Source of the DNA: a bacterium
Lineage (GTDB): Bacteria; SAR324; XYD2-FULL-50-16; G965216635
Reading direction: 5' to 3'
NCBI GenBank assembly: GCA_965216635.1
Contig: OZ244188.1
Span: forward strand, 136,001 to 200,000
Length of the DNA stretch: 64,000 bases
Shown: positions 48,651 through 58,561 of the stretch, in pieces
Layout of the letters: every line of letters begins with the position of its first letter
How positions within the stretch are numbered: position 1 is the stretch's first letter
Made by a program: the position numbers and the translations under genes
Notes under the pieces: model-generated
Told to the model about the DNA's origin: nothing
Database searches by the model: none
What the model saw: the letters and a program-made list of their open reading frames with translations, nothing else

Positions 48651-51116
48651 ATGAAATTATCTTTAAACTGGTTAAAAGACTATGTTACTTTACCAGAAAT
48701 TACCGCTGAAGAACTACTAAGCAAGGTGTCTCTTAGTGTTTGTGAAATGGAAAGTTGCGTGGTTGTTGGAGATTGCTTAAAAAAAATTGTAGTAAGTGAA
48801 GTTTTGGAAATTAATCCGCACCCTAATGCAGATAGATTGACTTTGGTGAAAGTAAGCACAGGCAAAGAAATGTTTGAGGTGGTCTGCGGAGCAAAAAATT
48901 TTTCTGTAGGCGACAAAGTGCCTTACGCTCCTTTAGGCACTGCTCTCATAGATTTTACGGTGAAAAAAGCAAAAATCAGAGGGGTTGAGAGTTGCGGTGT
49001 GCTTTGTGCGGAAGATGAAATAGGCTTTGGAGAGGATCATAGCGGATTGATGCTTTTGGATAAAAAAGAAAAATTAGGAAAGCCATTAGCAGAAATTTAT
49101 CCCGATCAATTAGATACAATTTTGGATTTGGATAATAAGTCTATCAATCACCGACCTGATCTTTGGGGGCATTATGGCTTTGCGAGGGAGCTTTCGGTTT
49201 TGTTTGGGGTGTCTTTTAAGGAATTTTCACCAACTCAAAATATAAAAGGCAAGACGAAAAGCAATTTTTCCATTTCTGTAGAATGCAAAGATTTAGTTCC
49301 AAGATTTTCTGCTTTAGATATAGAAGGCTTACAGATATGCCCCAGTCCCGATTGGCTAAAATTTCGTCTGCATAGAGTAGGTTTGCGAGCAATTAGTAAT
49401 CTTGTAGATGTTACAAACTATGTGATGCTGGATTTAGGACAGCCGATGCATATTTTTGATAAAGAGCGGTTGAGTTCCTCCCAGCTAGTAGTTCGCAAAG
49501 CCAAAGCCAAAGAAAAGCTGACTACTCTAAAAGAAAAAGAAATAGAATTATGCGAGGAAGATATTTGCATTTCCGATGGCAAAAAACCTGTTTCTTTAGC
49601 GGGGGTTATGGGTGGTTTAAATAGTGGCATTCAAGAAAACACCAAAAATACTTTGCTAGAGGCTGCTTGCTGGGATGCAAGCACTATCCGTAAAACTGCA
49701 GCGAGAACGAAACAGCGCACCGATGCTAGTCAAAGGTTTGAAAAATCATTAGACCCAACACTTACTTCTTTGGGAATTTATAAAGCAGTAGAAATTTTAA
49801 AAATTTCTAATCCCAATTTAGAAATAAAAGGAGAATTGATAGATATAGCCTCACCTGAAATTACCCCCCAACCTCAAGAGCAAACAATAGAATTTCAACC
49901 GAAAGATTGCGATAGAATTTTAGGAGTAAGTGTGCCCAAAGAAAAAATGAAAGAAATTCTTTTAGGACTGGGTTTTAAGATTGAAGAAAAAAACGAAAGA
50001 TGGCGAGTCAAAGTGCCTAGCTGGAGAGCGACTAGGGATGTTGCTATTGCAGAAGATTTAATTGAAGAAATAGGGAGATTTTACGGATACGATAAAATTA
50101 AGGCAGAAGCACCAGTCTTTCCAGTTTTGCATCCAGAAATAAACCAACAAAGAAAACTGGAAAGAAAAGCAAAACAAATTTTAGTGGATAGGGGGTATTT
50201 TGAAACCTTTAGTTATCCTTTGAGTAGTGAAGAGAGAGAAAAGGAGTGGAGTATTCCTAATTTAAAACAAGGTAAGATGCTTATCAATCCGACATCAGAA
50301 GAAGAAACTAGAATGAGATTAAGTTTATTGCCTCAAGTCTGTGACGCAGTTTCTTTGAATACGAAGGAATATTCTCATTTTCGTTTTTTTGAATTGGGTA
50401 GGATTTATACTTGGGATGACGCTATTTCATCCACTCGGCAACCACAAGAAGAAAATATATTTTTTTGGGCTGCTTACGATGAAAAGATTAGCCTTGGTGA
50501 ACTTTTTGAATCAGTAAAAACAGACCTTTTTATTTGGCTTGCCAAACTATTGCAAAAATCTTGTGTTCTAAAACCGCTAGCCCAAAAACCACTAAAGGCA
50601 GAACAGACAAATCTAAAGGCAGAAAGTGATTTTCACCCTTACGCTAACGCAGAAATTTTAATTGAGCCAAAAAACTATTTAAATAAAAACTATTCGCAAA
50701 AAATAGGTAGAATTTTTTCTTTTACTCCCCTTAAAAGAAAGCAGCTCGGTTGGGATGGGAATGCAGTTTTTATAGAATTGAATTTTGATTTAGTCTTTCA
50801 AAGAGTGAAAAGAAGCTCACAGAATATGTTTGTAGAACCAAATAAGTATCCACCCGCGAAATTTGAAATATCTTTGGTTGTGCCTATCCGCACTTATTTC
50901 TCTGAATTGGAAGTGATCGCAAAAAAAATTGAAATACTAGAAAAAATAGAATTTCAATACGATTATTTTCTACCCGAACAGCCTGATAAAAAATCTGTTA
51001 CCTTAGCTATGACTTTTCGTTCTAAAGAGCAAACTGTGGATAGCGAGCGTTTAACCAAAATACAAGATTCCATAGTAGCTTCTTTTGAAGAGAAAGGTTT
51101 TATGCTCCGTCGTTAG
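48651..51116 (+). CDS. pheT: Phenylalanine--tRNA ligase beta subunit
   Basis: N-terminal tRNA-binding (EMT/Myf) domain, B3/B4 and B5 domains, 821 aa; no pheS adjacent. Confidence 0.85.
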   Translation: MKLSLNWLKDYVTLPEITAEELLSKVSLSVCEMESCVVVGDCLKKIVVSEVLEINPHPNADRLTLVKVSTGKEMFEVVCGAKNFSVGDKVPYAPLGTALIDFTVKKAKIRGVESCGVLCAEDEIGFGEDHSGLMLLDKKEKLGKPLAEIYPDQLDTILDLDNKSINHRPDLWGHYGFARELSVLFGVSFKEFSPTQNIKGKTKSNFSISVECKDLVPRFSALDIEGLQICPSPDWLKFRLHRVGLRAISNLVDVTNYVMLDLGQPMHIFDKERLSSSQLVVRKAKAKEKLTTLKEKEIELCEEDICISDGKKPVSLAGVMGGLNSGIQENTKNTLLEAACWDASTIRKTAARTKQRTDASQRFEKSLDPTLTSLGIYKAVEILKISNPNLEIKGELIDIASPEITPQPQEQTIEFQPKDCDRILGVSVPKEKMKEILLGLGFKIEEKNERWRVKVPSWRATRDVAIAEDLIEEIGRFYGYDKIKAEAPVFPVLHPEINQQRKLERKAKQILVDRGYFETFSYPLSSEEREKEWSIPNLKQGKMLINPTSEEETRMRLSLLPQVCDAVSLNTKEYSHFRFFELGRIYTWDDAISSTRQPQEENIFFWAAYDEKISLGELFESVKTDLFIWLAKLLQKSCVLKPLAQKPLKAEQTNLKAESDFHPYANAEILIEPKNYLNKNYSQKIGRIFSFTPLKRKQLGWDGNAVFIELNFDLVFQRVKRSSQNMFVEPNKYPPAKFEISLVVPIRTYFSELEVIAKKIEILEKIEFQYDYFLPEQPDKKSVTLAMTFRSKEQTVDSERLTKIQDSIVASFEEKGFMLRR

Positions 51117-51288
51117 TTATTCTGGTGCCAATTATTTAGGTTGCCAATTATTTAGGTTGCCAGTAACAATAAAGGCATTATTCTAGTGCTAGTTATTGGA
51201 GTTTTTTTTGTAGATTTTGCCTGAATTTTGCAATAATCAGCTACAAGTTGTAATTTTTAACATTTTTAACAACCAACGAATACCAATT

Positions 51289-51609
51289 ATGGCAAAATAC
51301 ATTGTAAGATACGCACTCAAAAATAGAGACAGCGAAAACACAGATTTAGAAAAAATACTTCATAAAATATCTACTTCTTGCGAAAAAATTGCAAAGGCAA
51401 CCTTTGTGATTGATTCTGAGAAGACAGCTAGAAGAGTAATGGAAAGTCTCGCTTCGGAGATGAATATTAAAGACAACTTCATGGAGGAATTTTATACAGC
51501 GCTTCCAGCAGCACTTTATAATACTATTGGGGCAGATTCTGCTAATTACGCTACAGATAAAATCTTTATTGGAGAATTGAGAGGAAAGGCTGCGTGGTGT
51601 TGGAAGTAG
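51289..51609 (+). CDS. Hypothetical protein (about 107 aa from MAKYIVRY…)
   Basis: ORF track; start chosen at internal Met with plausible spacing. Confidence 0.3.
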   Translation: MAKYIVRYALKNRDSENTDLEKILHKISTSCEKIAKATFVIDSEKTARRVMESLASEMNIKDNFMEEFYTALPAALYNTIGADSANYATDKIFIGELRGKAAWCWK

Positions 51610-51652
51610 GTTTATTTTTTTAAACTCTTCAATTATCTCCCCAATAAAAAAA

Positions 51653-52672
51653 ATGGATTTCATCCAACAGATTCACAAAGCTGCACAAGGCACAAGCAAA
51701 AGGATTGTGTTACCTGAAACAAGCGATGAAAGGATTTTAAAAGCCGCTCACATAATTCAACAAAAAAATATTGCGGAAGTTTTGCTTTTAGGAGAAGCAG
51801 AAAATTTAAAGCAAAAATTTCAAAAACTTGGATTAGATAGTAGCGCTATAAAGTTTGTTTCTTTAGCAGAAAACAAAGAAAATTACGCTGATTTGATGCT
51901 AGAAATCAGAAAAGCCTATACTCAAAAAAAAACTCTCTTAAAATGCGAGGCGCTGAAGCAATTAGAAAATCCACTATATTATGGTTGCTTAATGGTAAAA
52001 AGCGGGGCAGCGGATGGTATGGTAGCAGGTGCTATCCATCCCACTGCAGATGTTCTGCGAGCTGCTTTGAGTTATATTAAATTTCCCTTCTCCTCCGAGC
52101 AAAACAGCAGTTTAGTTTCAGGTTTTTTTTTAGCAGTCTTGCCCCATAATCAATCAGAGGCAAATAATAGTCTCAGCCCTATTTTAGGTTTAGCAGATTG
52201 TGCTGTAAATCCTAACCCTAGCCCCCAACAACTCGCAGAGATTGCGATTAATTCTGCCTCTACTATGGAAAAACTTACCCAGCTAGAACCCAAAGTGGCG
52301 ATGCTTAGTTTTTCTACAAAAGGTAGTGCAACACACAAAATGGTAGAAAAAGTGAATGAAGCTACAAAAATAGCAAAAAAACTAGCCCCTTCTTTGGAGA
52401 TAGACGGAGAAATGCAGTTAGATGCAGCCTTGATAGAAGAGGTAGCCCAAAGCAAAGCACCGCAAAGTTCTGTCGCAGGATATGCGAATGTTTTGATTTT
52501 TCCAGACTTAAATTCTGGTAATATTGGGTATAAAATTATCCAAAGGCTGGGAAAAGCTCAAGTTATAGGACCCATTCTGCAGGGAATGGCAGCTCCAGTG
52601 AATGATCTTTCTCGCGGCTGTAGTATCAACGAAATTGTTAATCTTGTAGCTATTACTTCCCTACAAAGCTAA
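51653..52672 (+). CDS. pta: Phosphate acetyltransferase (short, Pta-II-less form)
   Basis: 339 aa; conserved …GMVAGAIHPTADVLRAAL… and …IGPILQGMAAPVNDLSRGCS… motifs. Confidence 0.8.
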   Translation: MDFIQQIHKAAQGTSKRIVLPETSDERILKAAHIIQQKNIAEVLLLGEAENLKQKFQKLGLDSSAIKFVSLAENKENYADLMLEIRKAYTQKKTLLKCEALKQLENPLYYGCLMVKSGAADGMVAGAIHPTADVLRAALSYIKFPFSSEQNSSLVSGFFLAVLPHNQSEANNSLSPILGLADCAVNPNPSPQQLAEIAINSASTMEKLTQLEPKVAMLSFSTKGSATHKMVEKVNEATKIAKKLAPSLEIDGEMQLDAALIEEVAQSKAPQSSVAGYANVLIFPDLNSGNIGYKIIQRLGKAQVIGPILQGMAAPVNDLSRGCSINEIVNLVAITSLQS

Positions 52673-52701
52673 CTGTAATTTGCTGAATTAGACATTCTAT
52701 T

Positions 52702-52775
52702 TATAGATTTTTGAATTTGCTTATCTAGTGTAGCCTATGCAGCGTTGAATTTTTTTTGTCTTGCCTAGCCTTCCA
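52702..52775. mobile_element. Partial MITE-like element (5' terminus TATAGATTTTTGAATTTG + internal segment)
   Basis: Seen directly. Confidence 0.5.
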
Positions 52776-52872
52776 ATGCCTGATTTTATTTGTGGGAGGG
52801 GATGCAGTTTTTAGGTGGTTTTTGGTGGGGATACGGTTTTTTGATGGGTTTTGACGCGGAGGTATTTTATGT

Positions 52873-53451
52873 TTATGCTGCCACTTTTAAAAATTGTAAC
52901 AATCCAAATATTATAACAATCAATATACCCGTGCTGGTTAGAGTAGTCGCAATAACCCATTTGATTATATGAACTCTACTTTCTGATATTTTTAACTCAA
53001 GGTCGCTTTTGATTTTTGCTATAGTTTCTTTTAGGTTGCTTTTGGTTTCTACGATTTTACTCTCAATATCTTTCAGTTTTAGGTCTGTATCATTTTTATT
53101 GTCTGTTATTATTTTTTCTAGGTCGTTTCTGTTTTTTGTTATTATTTTTTCTAGGTCGTTTCTGTTTTTTGTTATTATTTTTTCTGTATCGTTTTTGTTG
53201 TCTGCTATTATTCTTATCAAGTCGTTTTTGTTCTCTGAAATGATGGATTCCAATCTCCAGATATCGCCTTTGTCCGTAGGAAGAGTGGTATCCAAACCCG
53301 TTTCTGTTGTACTAGAAGCCAAAGCTTTTGGGACCAGTTCTACAAACTCTCCAATAGCAATCTCTGCGCTCTTTTTTTCTGCACCTAGTCCAATCAAAAG
53401 ATCGTAGATTTTAGTAGAAGTAAATTTTTGTGCTGTAGTTGTTCTTAACAT
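52873..53451 (-). CDS. Bdr-like small coiled-coil membrane protein (192 aa; third C-terminal cassette …ESRVHIIKWVIATTLTSTGILIVIIFGLLQFLKVAA)
   Basis: Paralog family; N-domain identical to cluster-1 genes. Confidence 0.55.
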   Translation of the reverse strand: MLRTTTAQKFTSTKIYDLLIGLGAEKKSAEIAIGEFVELVPKALASSTTETGLDTTLPTDKGDIWRLESIISENKNDLIRIIADNKNDTEKIITKNRNDLEKIITKNRNDLEKIITDNKNDTDLKLKDIESKIVETKSNLKETIAKIKSDLELKISESRVHIIKWVIATTLTSTGILIVIIFGLLQFLKVAA

Positions 53452-53458
53452 TTTATTT

Positions 53459-53962
53459 TTAGTTTTGTAAAAATTGCAGTATAGTCACAACCAACCCACC
53501 AACTGCTAACTGGACTGACACACCCCAAAATAATAAAGAGTTTTTATTTTTTTCTGCTTCTGTTCTCATCCTTTCTATTTTTAAATCTATATCCTTAAAT
53601 TTCAGGTCTGTATCGCTTTTGATTTTTGCTATAGTTTCTTTTAGGTCGCTTTTGTTTTTTTCTGCTTCTGTTCTCATCTTTTCTATTTTCAAATCGGTAT
53701 CGTTTTTGTTGTCTGCTATTATTCTTATCAAGTCGTTTTTGTTCTCTGAAATGATGGATTCCAATCTCCAGATATCGCCTTTGTCCGTAGGAAGAGTGGT
53801 ATCCAAACCAGTTTCTGTTGTACTAGAAGCCAAAGCTTTTGGGACCAGTTCTACAAACTCTCCAATAGCAATCTCTGCGCTCTTTTTCTCCGCACCTAGT
53901 CCAATCAAAAGATCGTAGATTTTAGTAGAAGTAAATTTTTGTGCTGTAGTTGTTCTTAACAT
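53459..53962 (-). CDS. Bdr-like small coiled-coil membrane protein (167 aa)
   Basis: Paralog family; identical protein to 54502-55005. Confidence 0.55.
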   Translation of the reverse strand: MLRTTTAQKFTSTKIYDLLIGLGAEKKSAEIAIGEFVELVPKALASSTTETGLDTTLPTDKGDIWRLESIISENKNDLIRIIADNKNDTDLKIEKMRTEAEKNKSDLKETIAKIKSDTDLKFKDIDLKIERMRTEAEKNKNSLLFWGVSVQLAVGGLVVTILQFLQN

Positions 53963-53969
53963 TTTATTT

Positions 53970-54494
53970 TTAGTTTTGTAAAAATTGCAATATAGTCACA
54001 ACCAACCCACCAACTGCTAACTGGACTGACACACCCCAAAATAATAAAGAGTTTTTATTTTTTTCTGCTTCTGTTCTCATCCTTTCTATTTTTAAATCTA
54101 TATCCTTAAATTTCAGGTCTGTATCGCTTTTGATTTTTGCTATAGTTTCTTTTAGTTCGCTTTTGTTTTTTTCTGCTTCTGTTCTCATCTTTTCTATTTT
54201 CAAATCGGTATCGCTTTTGCTTTCTATTATTTTTCCCTCAATTTCTTTCAGTTTTATGTCTGTATCGTTTTTGTTCTCTGAAATGATGGATTCCAATCTC
54301 CAGATATCGCCTTTGTCCGTAGGAAGAGTGGTATCCAAACCAGTTTCTGTTGTACTAGAAGCCAAAGCTTTTGGGACCAGTTCTACAAACTCTCCAATAG
54401 CAATCTCTGCGCTCTTTTTTTCTGCACCTAGTCCAATCAAAAGATCGTAGATTTTAGTAGAAGTAAATTTTTGTGCTGTAGTTGTTCTTAACAT
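53970..54494 (-). CDS. Bdr-like small coiled-coil membrane protein (174 aa)
   Basis: Paralog family; 1-aa difference from 55013-55537. Confidence 0.55.
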   Translation of the reverse strand: MLRTTTAQKFTSTKIYDLLIGLGAEKKSAEIAIGEFVELVPKALASSTTETGLDTTLPTDKGDIWRLESIISENKNDTDIKLKEIEGKIIESKSDTDLKIEKMRTEAEKNKSELKETIAKIKSDTDLKFKDIDLKIERMRTEAEKNKNSLLFWGVSVQLAVGGLVVTILQFLQN

Positions 54495-54501
54495 TTTATT
54501 T

Positions 54502-55005
54502 TTAGTTTTGTAAAAATTGCAGTATAGTCACAACCAACCCACCAACTGCTAACTGGACTGACACACCCCAAAATAATAAAGAGTTTTTATTTTTTTCTGC
54601 TTCTGTTCTCATCCTTTCTATTTTTAAATCTATATCCTTAAATTTCAGGTCTGTATCGCTTTTGATTTTTGCTATAGTTTCTTTTAGGTCGCTTTTGTTT
54701 TTTTCTGCTTCTGTTCTCATCTTTTCTATTTTCAAATCGGTATCGTTTTTGTTGTCTGCTATTATTCTTATCAAGTCGTTTTTGTTCTCTGAAATGATGG
54801 ATTCCAATCTCCAGATATCGCCTTTGTCCGTAGGAAGAGTGGTATCCAAACCAGTTTCTGTTGTACTAGAAGCCAAAGCTTTTGGGACCAGTTCTACAAA
54901 CTCTCCAATAGCAATCTCTGCGCTCTTTTTTTCTGCACCTAGTCCAATCAAAAGATCGTAGATTTTAGTAGAAGTAAATTTTTGTGCTGTAGTTGTTCTT
55001 AACAT
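54502..55005 (-). CDS. Bdr-like small coiled-coil membrane protein (167 aa)
   Basis: Paralog family. Confidence 0.55.
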   Translation of the reverse strand: MLRTTTAQKFTSTKIYDLLIGLGAEKKSAEIAIGEFVELVPKALASSTTETGLDTTLPTDKGDIWRLESIISENKNDLIRIIADNKNDTDLKIEKMRTEAEKNKSDLKETIAKIKSDTDLKFKDIDLKIERMRTEAEKNKNSLLFWGVSVQLAVGGLVVTILQFLQN

Positions 55006-55012
55006 TTTATTT

Positions 55013-55537
55013 TTAGTTTTGTAAAAATTGCAGTATAGTCACAACCAACCCACCAACTGCTAACTGGACTGACACACCCCAAAATAATAAAGAGTTTTTA
55101 TTTTTTTCTGCTTCTGTTCTCATCCTTTCTATTTTTAAATCTATATCCTTAAATTTCAGGTCTGTATCGCTTTTGATTTTTGCTATAGTTTCTTTTAGTT
55201 CGCTTTTGTTTTTTTCTGCTTCTGTTCTCATTTTTTCTATTTTCAAATCGGTATCGCTTTTGCTTTCTATTATTTTTCCCTCAATTTCTTTCAGTTTTAT
55301 GTCTGTATCGTTTTTGTTCTCTGAAATGATGGATTCCAATCTCCAGATATCCCCTTTGTCCGTAGGAAGAGTGGTATCCAAACCAGTTTCTGTTGTACTA
55401 GAAGCCAAAGCTTTTGGGACCAGTTCTACAAACTCTCCAATAGCAATCTCTGCGCTCTTTTTTTCTGCACCTAGTCCAATCAAAAGATCGTAGATTTTAG
55501 TAGAAGTAAATTTTTGTGCTGTAGCTGTTCTTAACAT
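55013..55537 (-). CDS. Bdr-like small coiled-coil membrane protein (174 aa)
   Basis: Paralog family. Confidence 0.55.
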   Translation of the reverse strand: MLRTATAQKFTSTKIYDLLIGLGAEKKSAEIAIGEFVELVPKALASSTTETGLDTTLPTDKGDIWRLESIISENKNDTDIKLKEIEGKIIESKSDTDLKIEKMRTEAEKNKSELKETIAKIKSDTDLKFKDIDLKIERMRTEAEKNKNSLLFWGVSVQLAVGGLVVTILQFLQN

Positions 55538-55631
55538 TTTACTTTTATAAGGTTTTTATTTTGGTTATTTTATTTGGTTGTTTTATTTTAGCAAACTATT
55601 CTACTAAAGTCAAGCCCAAAAAAATAAAAAG

Positions 55632-55637
55632 ATTATA
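55632..55637 (-). promoter_or_regulatory. Putative -10 box (TATAAT on minus strand) of the 5-gene Bdr-like transcription unit, inside the conserved promoter module
   Basis: Reverse complement of 55625-55690 matches the 18360-18410 module upstream of array 1. Confidence 0.35.
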
Positions 55638-55737
55638 GGGAAAAAATTAAAAAAATGTCCCCTGCAATTTTGTTTTTTAGTGGGTTTTGAGGGGGACGCA
55701 GTTTTTAGGTGGGTTTTGACGGGGAGGTATTTTATGT

Positions 55738-56238
55738 TTATGCTACCACTTTTAAGAATTGTAACAATCCAAATATTATAACAATCAATATACCCGTACT
55801 GGTTAGAGTAGTCGCAATAACCCATTTGATTATATGAACTCTACTTTCTGATATTTTTAACTCAAGGTCGCTTTTGATTTTTGCTATAGTTTCTTTTAGG
55901 TCGCTTTTGTTTTTTTCTGCTTCTGTTCTCATCTTTTCTATTTTCAAATCGGTATCGCTTTTGCTTTCTATTATTTTTCCCTCAATTTCTTTCAGTTTTA
56001 TGTCTGTATCGTTTTTGTTCTCTGAAATGATGGATTCCAATCTCCAGATATCCCCTTTGTCCGTAGGAAGAGTGGTATCCAAACCAGTTTCTGTTGTACT
56101 AGAAGCCAAAGCTTTTGGGACCAGTTCTACAAACTCTCCAATAGCAATCTCTGCGCTCTTTTTTTCTGCACCTAGTCCAATCAAAAGATCGTAGATTTTA
56201 GTAGAAGTAAAGTTTTGTGCTGTAGTTGTTCTTAACAT
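55738..56238 (-). CDS. Bdr-like small coiled-coil membrane protein (166 aa; third C-terminal cassette)
   Basis: Paralog family. Confidence 0.55.
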   Translation of the reverse strand: MLRTTTAQNFTSTKIYDLLIGLGAEKKSAEIAIGEFVELVPKALASSTTETGLDTTLPTDKGDIWRLESIISENKNDTDIKLKEIEGKIIESKSDTDLKIEKMRTEAEKNKSDLKETIAKIKSDLELKISESRVHIIKWVIATTLTSTGILIVIIFGLLQFLKVVA

Positions 56239-56245
56239 TTTACTT

Positions 56246-56803
56246 TTAGTTTTGTAAAAATTGCAATATAGTCACAACCAACCCACCAACTGCTAACTGG
56301 ACTGACACACCCCAAAATAATAAAGAGTTTTTATTTTTTTCTGCTTCTGTTCTCATCCTTTCTATTTTTAAATCTATATCCTTAAATTTCAGGTCTGTAT
56401 CGCTTTTGATTTTTGCTATAGTTTCTTTTAGGTTGCTTTCGATTTTTGCTATAGTTTCTTTTAGTTCGCTTTTGTTTTTTTCTGCTTCTGTTCTCATCTT
56501 TTCTATTTTCAAATCGGTATCGCTTTTGCTTTCTATTATTTTTCCCTCAATTTCTTTCAGTTTTATGTCTGTATCGCTTTTGTTGTCTGAAATGATGGCT
56601 TCCAATCTCCAGATATCCCCTTTGTCCGTAGGAAGAGTGGTATCCAAACCAGTTTCTGTTGTACTAGAAGCCAAAGCTTTTGGGACCAGTTCTACAAACT
56701 CTCCAATAGCGATCTCTGCTTTCTTTTTTTCTGCACCTAGTCCAATCAAAAGATCGTAGATTTTAGTAGAAGTAAATTTTTGTGCTGTAGTTGTTCTTAA
56801 CAT
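56246..56803 (-). CDS. Bdr-like small coiled-coil membrane protein (185 aa)
   Basis: Paralog family. Confidence 0.55.
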   Translation of the reverse strand: MLRTTTAQKFTSTKIYDLLIGLGAEKKKAEIAIGEFVELVPKALASSTTETGLDTTLPTDKGDIWRLEAIISDNKSDTDIKLKEIEGKIIESKSDTDLKIEKMRTEAEKNKSELKETIAKIESNLKETIAKIKSDTDLKFKDIDLKIERMRTEAEKNKNSLLFWGVSVQLAVGGLVVTILQFLQN

Positions 56804-56897
56804 TTTACTTTTATAAGGTTTTTATTTTGGTTATTTTATTTGGTTGTTTTATTTTAGCAAATTGTCCTATTAAAGTCAAGTTCTAAAAAATAAAAAG

Positions 56898-56903
56898 ATT
56901 ATA
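56898..56903 (-). promoter_or_regulatory. Putative -10 box (TATAAT on minus strand) of the 2-gene Bdr-like transcription unit, same conserved module
   Basis: Sequence conservation with 18360-18410 and 55625-55690. Confidence 0.35.
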
Positions 56904-57087
56904 GGGAAAAAATTAAAAAAATGTCCCCTGCAATTTTGTTTTTTTAGTGGGTTTTGGTGGGGAGGTGGTTTTTTGAGGGGCACCGAATTTAGGTGATTCG
57001 GTGCCTCTGCAGAATGTTATCAGTTTTTTGAGGGGCACCGAGAGTTCACTTCTTTTTTAGTGGATTTCTCGGTGCCTCTAAATTCTG

Positions 57088-58344
57088 TTAAAAGCGCCAC
57101 AGCAGGGAAATGCTGACGACTACGGGGGCTTTGATTTCGGCTTCTATCTTCTCCGTTGCTGGAGTTTCAACTTCTTGTATTTCCACATCTCTTGTGCCGA
57201 CTTGGGTTGCTTGTATTCTATTATCGTTTTCCTCGCTGAGGTACAGCAGACCTAATGTATTATATGTGCCACACGGCGAAATATTGCAAATACGCGTTCC
57301 TATCGTGACTGAATCACCACCTTCTCCGGACTGTGTTTCGCTAAAAGTTCTGCCAGTGGGAATCGGAGCAGAAACTGTACGGTTTAGAGAAATACCCGAG
57401 ATATACTTTGTCAAGCTAATATTAAAGAATAGGTTGGGAGTTAAGTTCTCCTTATAGCCTACCGTTAACACGGGACTAGTAGCCGAGGCGCTAGTTGAGC
57501 CATTGGTAAGCTTCATACTCGCTAGACCGCCTCCTGCAAAAAACTCCTCGTGAAAAAAATACTCCGCCATCACCACTGTATTGACGAGCTCGTTAGCTCC
57601 ACCCTTGCCAGTAAAGTGAGTCAGAGAGGCTCTCCATTTTTCTCCTCGCCAGCCGAATTGCAGACCGACACCGTTGAGTGCGTCGCTCTCTGTGCTAGTG
57701 ACGGGGGATTTTGAAAGCGAATCTGGAGTCGCTATCTCATAGGCAGAAAAACTAATAGTGGTTCTGTTGGAGGAATCATCACCGAAAAAATAGCTAAAAC
57801 AAACGGATGTTTTTTCGTCTTTACCATTATATATGTTACCTGGAGAGTCTGTAGTTCCTTCATTAGACGACTTTGTGCCTTCATTAAAGGATTGGAAACT
57901 ATCACTTCTAAAATAATAGTCTGTTCCCTTTGAATCAACAGATGCTTTGCCTTCTTTACAGGTTGCGGTCATTAAAGCGCTTATTCCAGCCATTACTGCT
58001 GGACTGTGAGACGATCTTATTTTAGTAATTTCTATTCCAATGGTTTCGTTTGAATAGGTTACTCCATAGCTAGTAGAAGAGCTTGTGCTAGTTTTTGTGG
58101 TATCTACTCCGAAACCTTGTAGATAGACAATACCAGCAAAAAATCCCTGTTTCGTGCTAGCGCTGCTCTGTGCTTGCAGATTACCTACAAATAACAAACT
58201 CAACAAAACCGCACCTAGCAATACAACGCCATTCCATTGGAAGCTAGCCCGTTGAAAACTCGCCCGTTGAAAACCTGCCTGAGCTACTTTTGTCTCACAA
58301 TTTTTAAGAGGTGTTTTTAACGTTCTTTTTGTTACTTCTTGCAT
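57088..58344 (-). CDS. Paralogous outer-membrane beta-barrel protein, copy 5 (minus-strand counterpart of the 12238-18089 family)
   Basis: Same N-terminal MQEVTKRTLKTPLKNCETKVAQ… extension with GFQRA/SFQRA repeats and C-terminal …VVVSISLLWRF; shares upstream region (58345-58460) with copies 1 and 4. Confidence 0.6.
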   Translation of the reverse strand: MQEVTKRTLKTPLKNCETKVAQAGFQRASFQRASFQWNGVVLLGAVLLSLLFVGNLQAQSSASTKQGFFAGIVYLQGFGVDTTKTSTSSSTSYGVTYSNETIGIEITKIRSSHSPAVMAGISALMTATCKEGKASVDSKGTDYYFRSDSFQSFNEGTKSSNEGTTDSPGNIYNGKDEKTSVCFSYFFGDDSSNRTTISFSAYEIATPDSLSKSPVTSTESDALNGVGLQFGWRGEKWRASLTHFTGKGGANELVNTVVMAEYFFHEEFFAGGGLASMKLTNGSTSASATSPVLTVGYKENLTPNLFFNISLTKYISGISLNRTVSAPIPTGRTFSETQSGEGGDSVTIGTRICNISPCGTYNTLGLLYLSEENDNRIQATQVGTRDVEIQEVETPATEKIEAEIKAPVVVSISLLWRF

Positions 58345-58561
58345 AATAATATTTAATAAAGATTAGAAGAGATTAAAATTAGAAATATAACTGAAAAAAA
58401 ATTAAAAGCAAACAAAAAAAACATAACTTTTTATCTTTTTTTAAAATTTTCCTAGTTTAGCCAAAATATAGCAGAAAAAAAATTTAAAAGCAAATAAAAA
58501 AAAAAGAATTTTTAAAATTGGCTTTTTGGGGCTGTTTTTTGGTTTTATTTGGGATTTTTTG

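Noticed and set aside
51126-51165. 16-bp tandem repeat TGCCAATTATTTAGGT x2.5 downstream of pheT
   Set aside because: Only about 2.5 copies, no second occurrence in the window; noted but too small to interpret
52790-52972. 60-aa plus-strand ORF and 55610-55825 minus-strand 71-aa ORF
   Set aside because: Overlap the 3' ends/flanks of Bdr-like genes and conserved G-rich 3' flank repeats; no independent support
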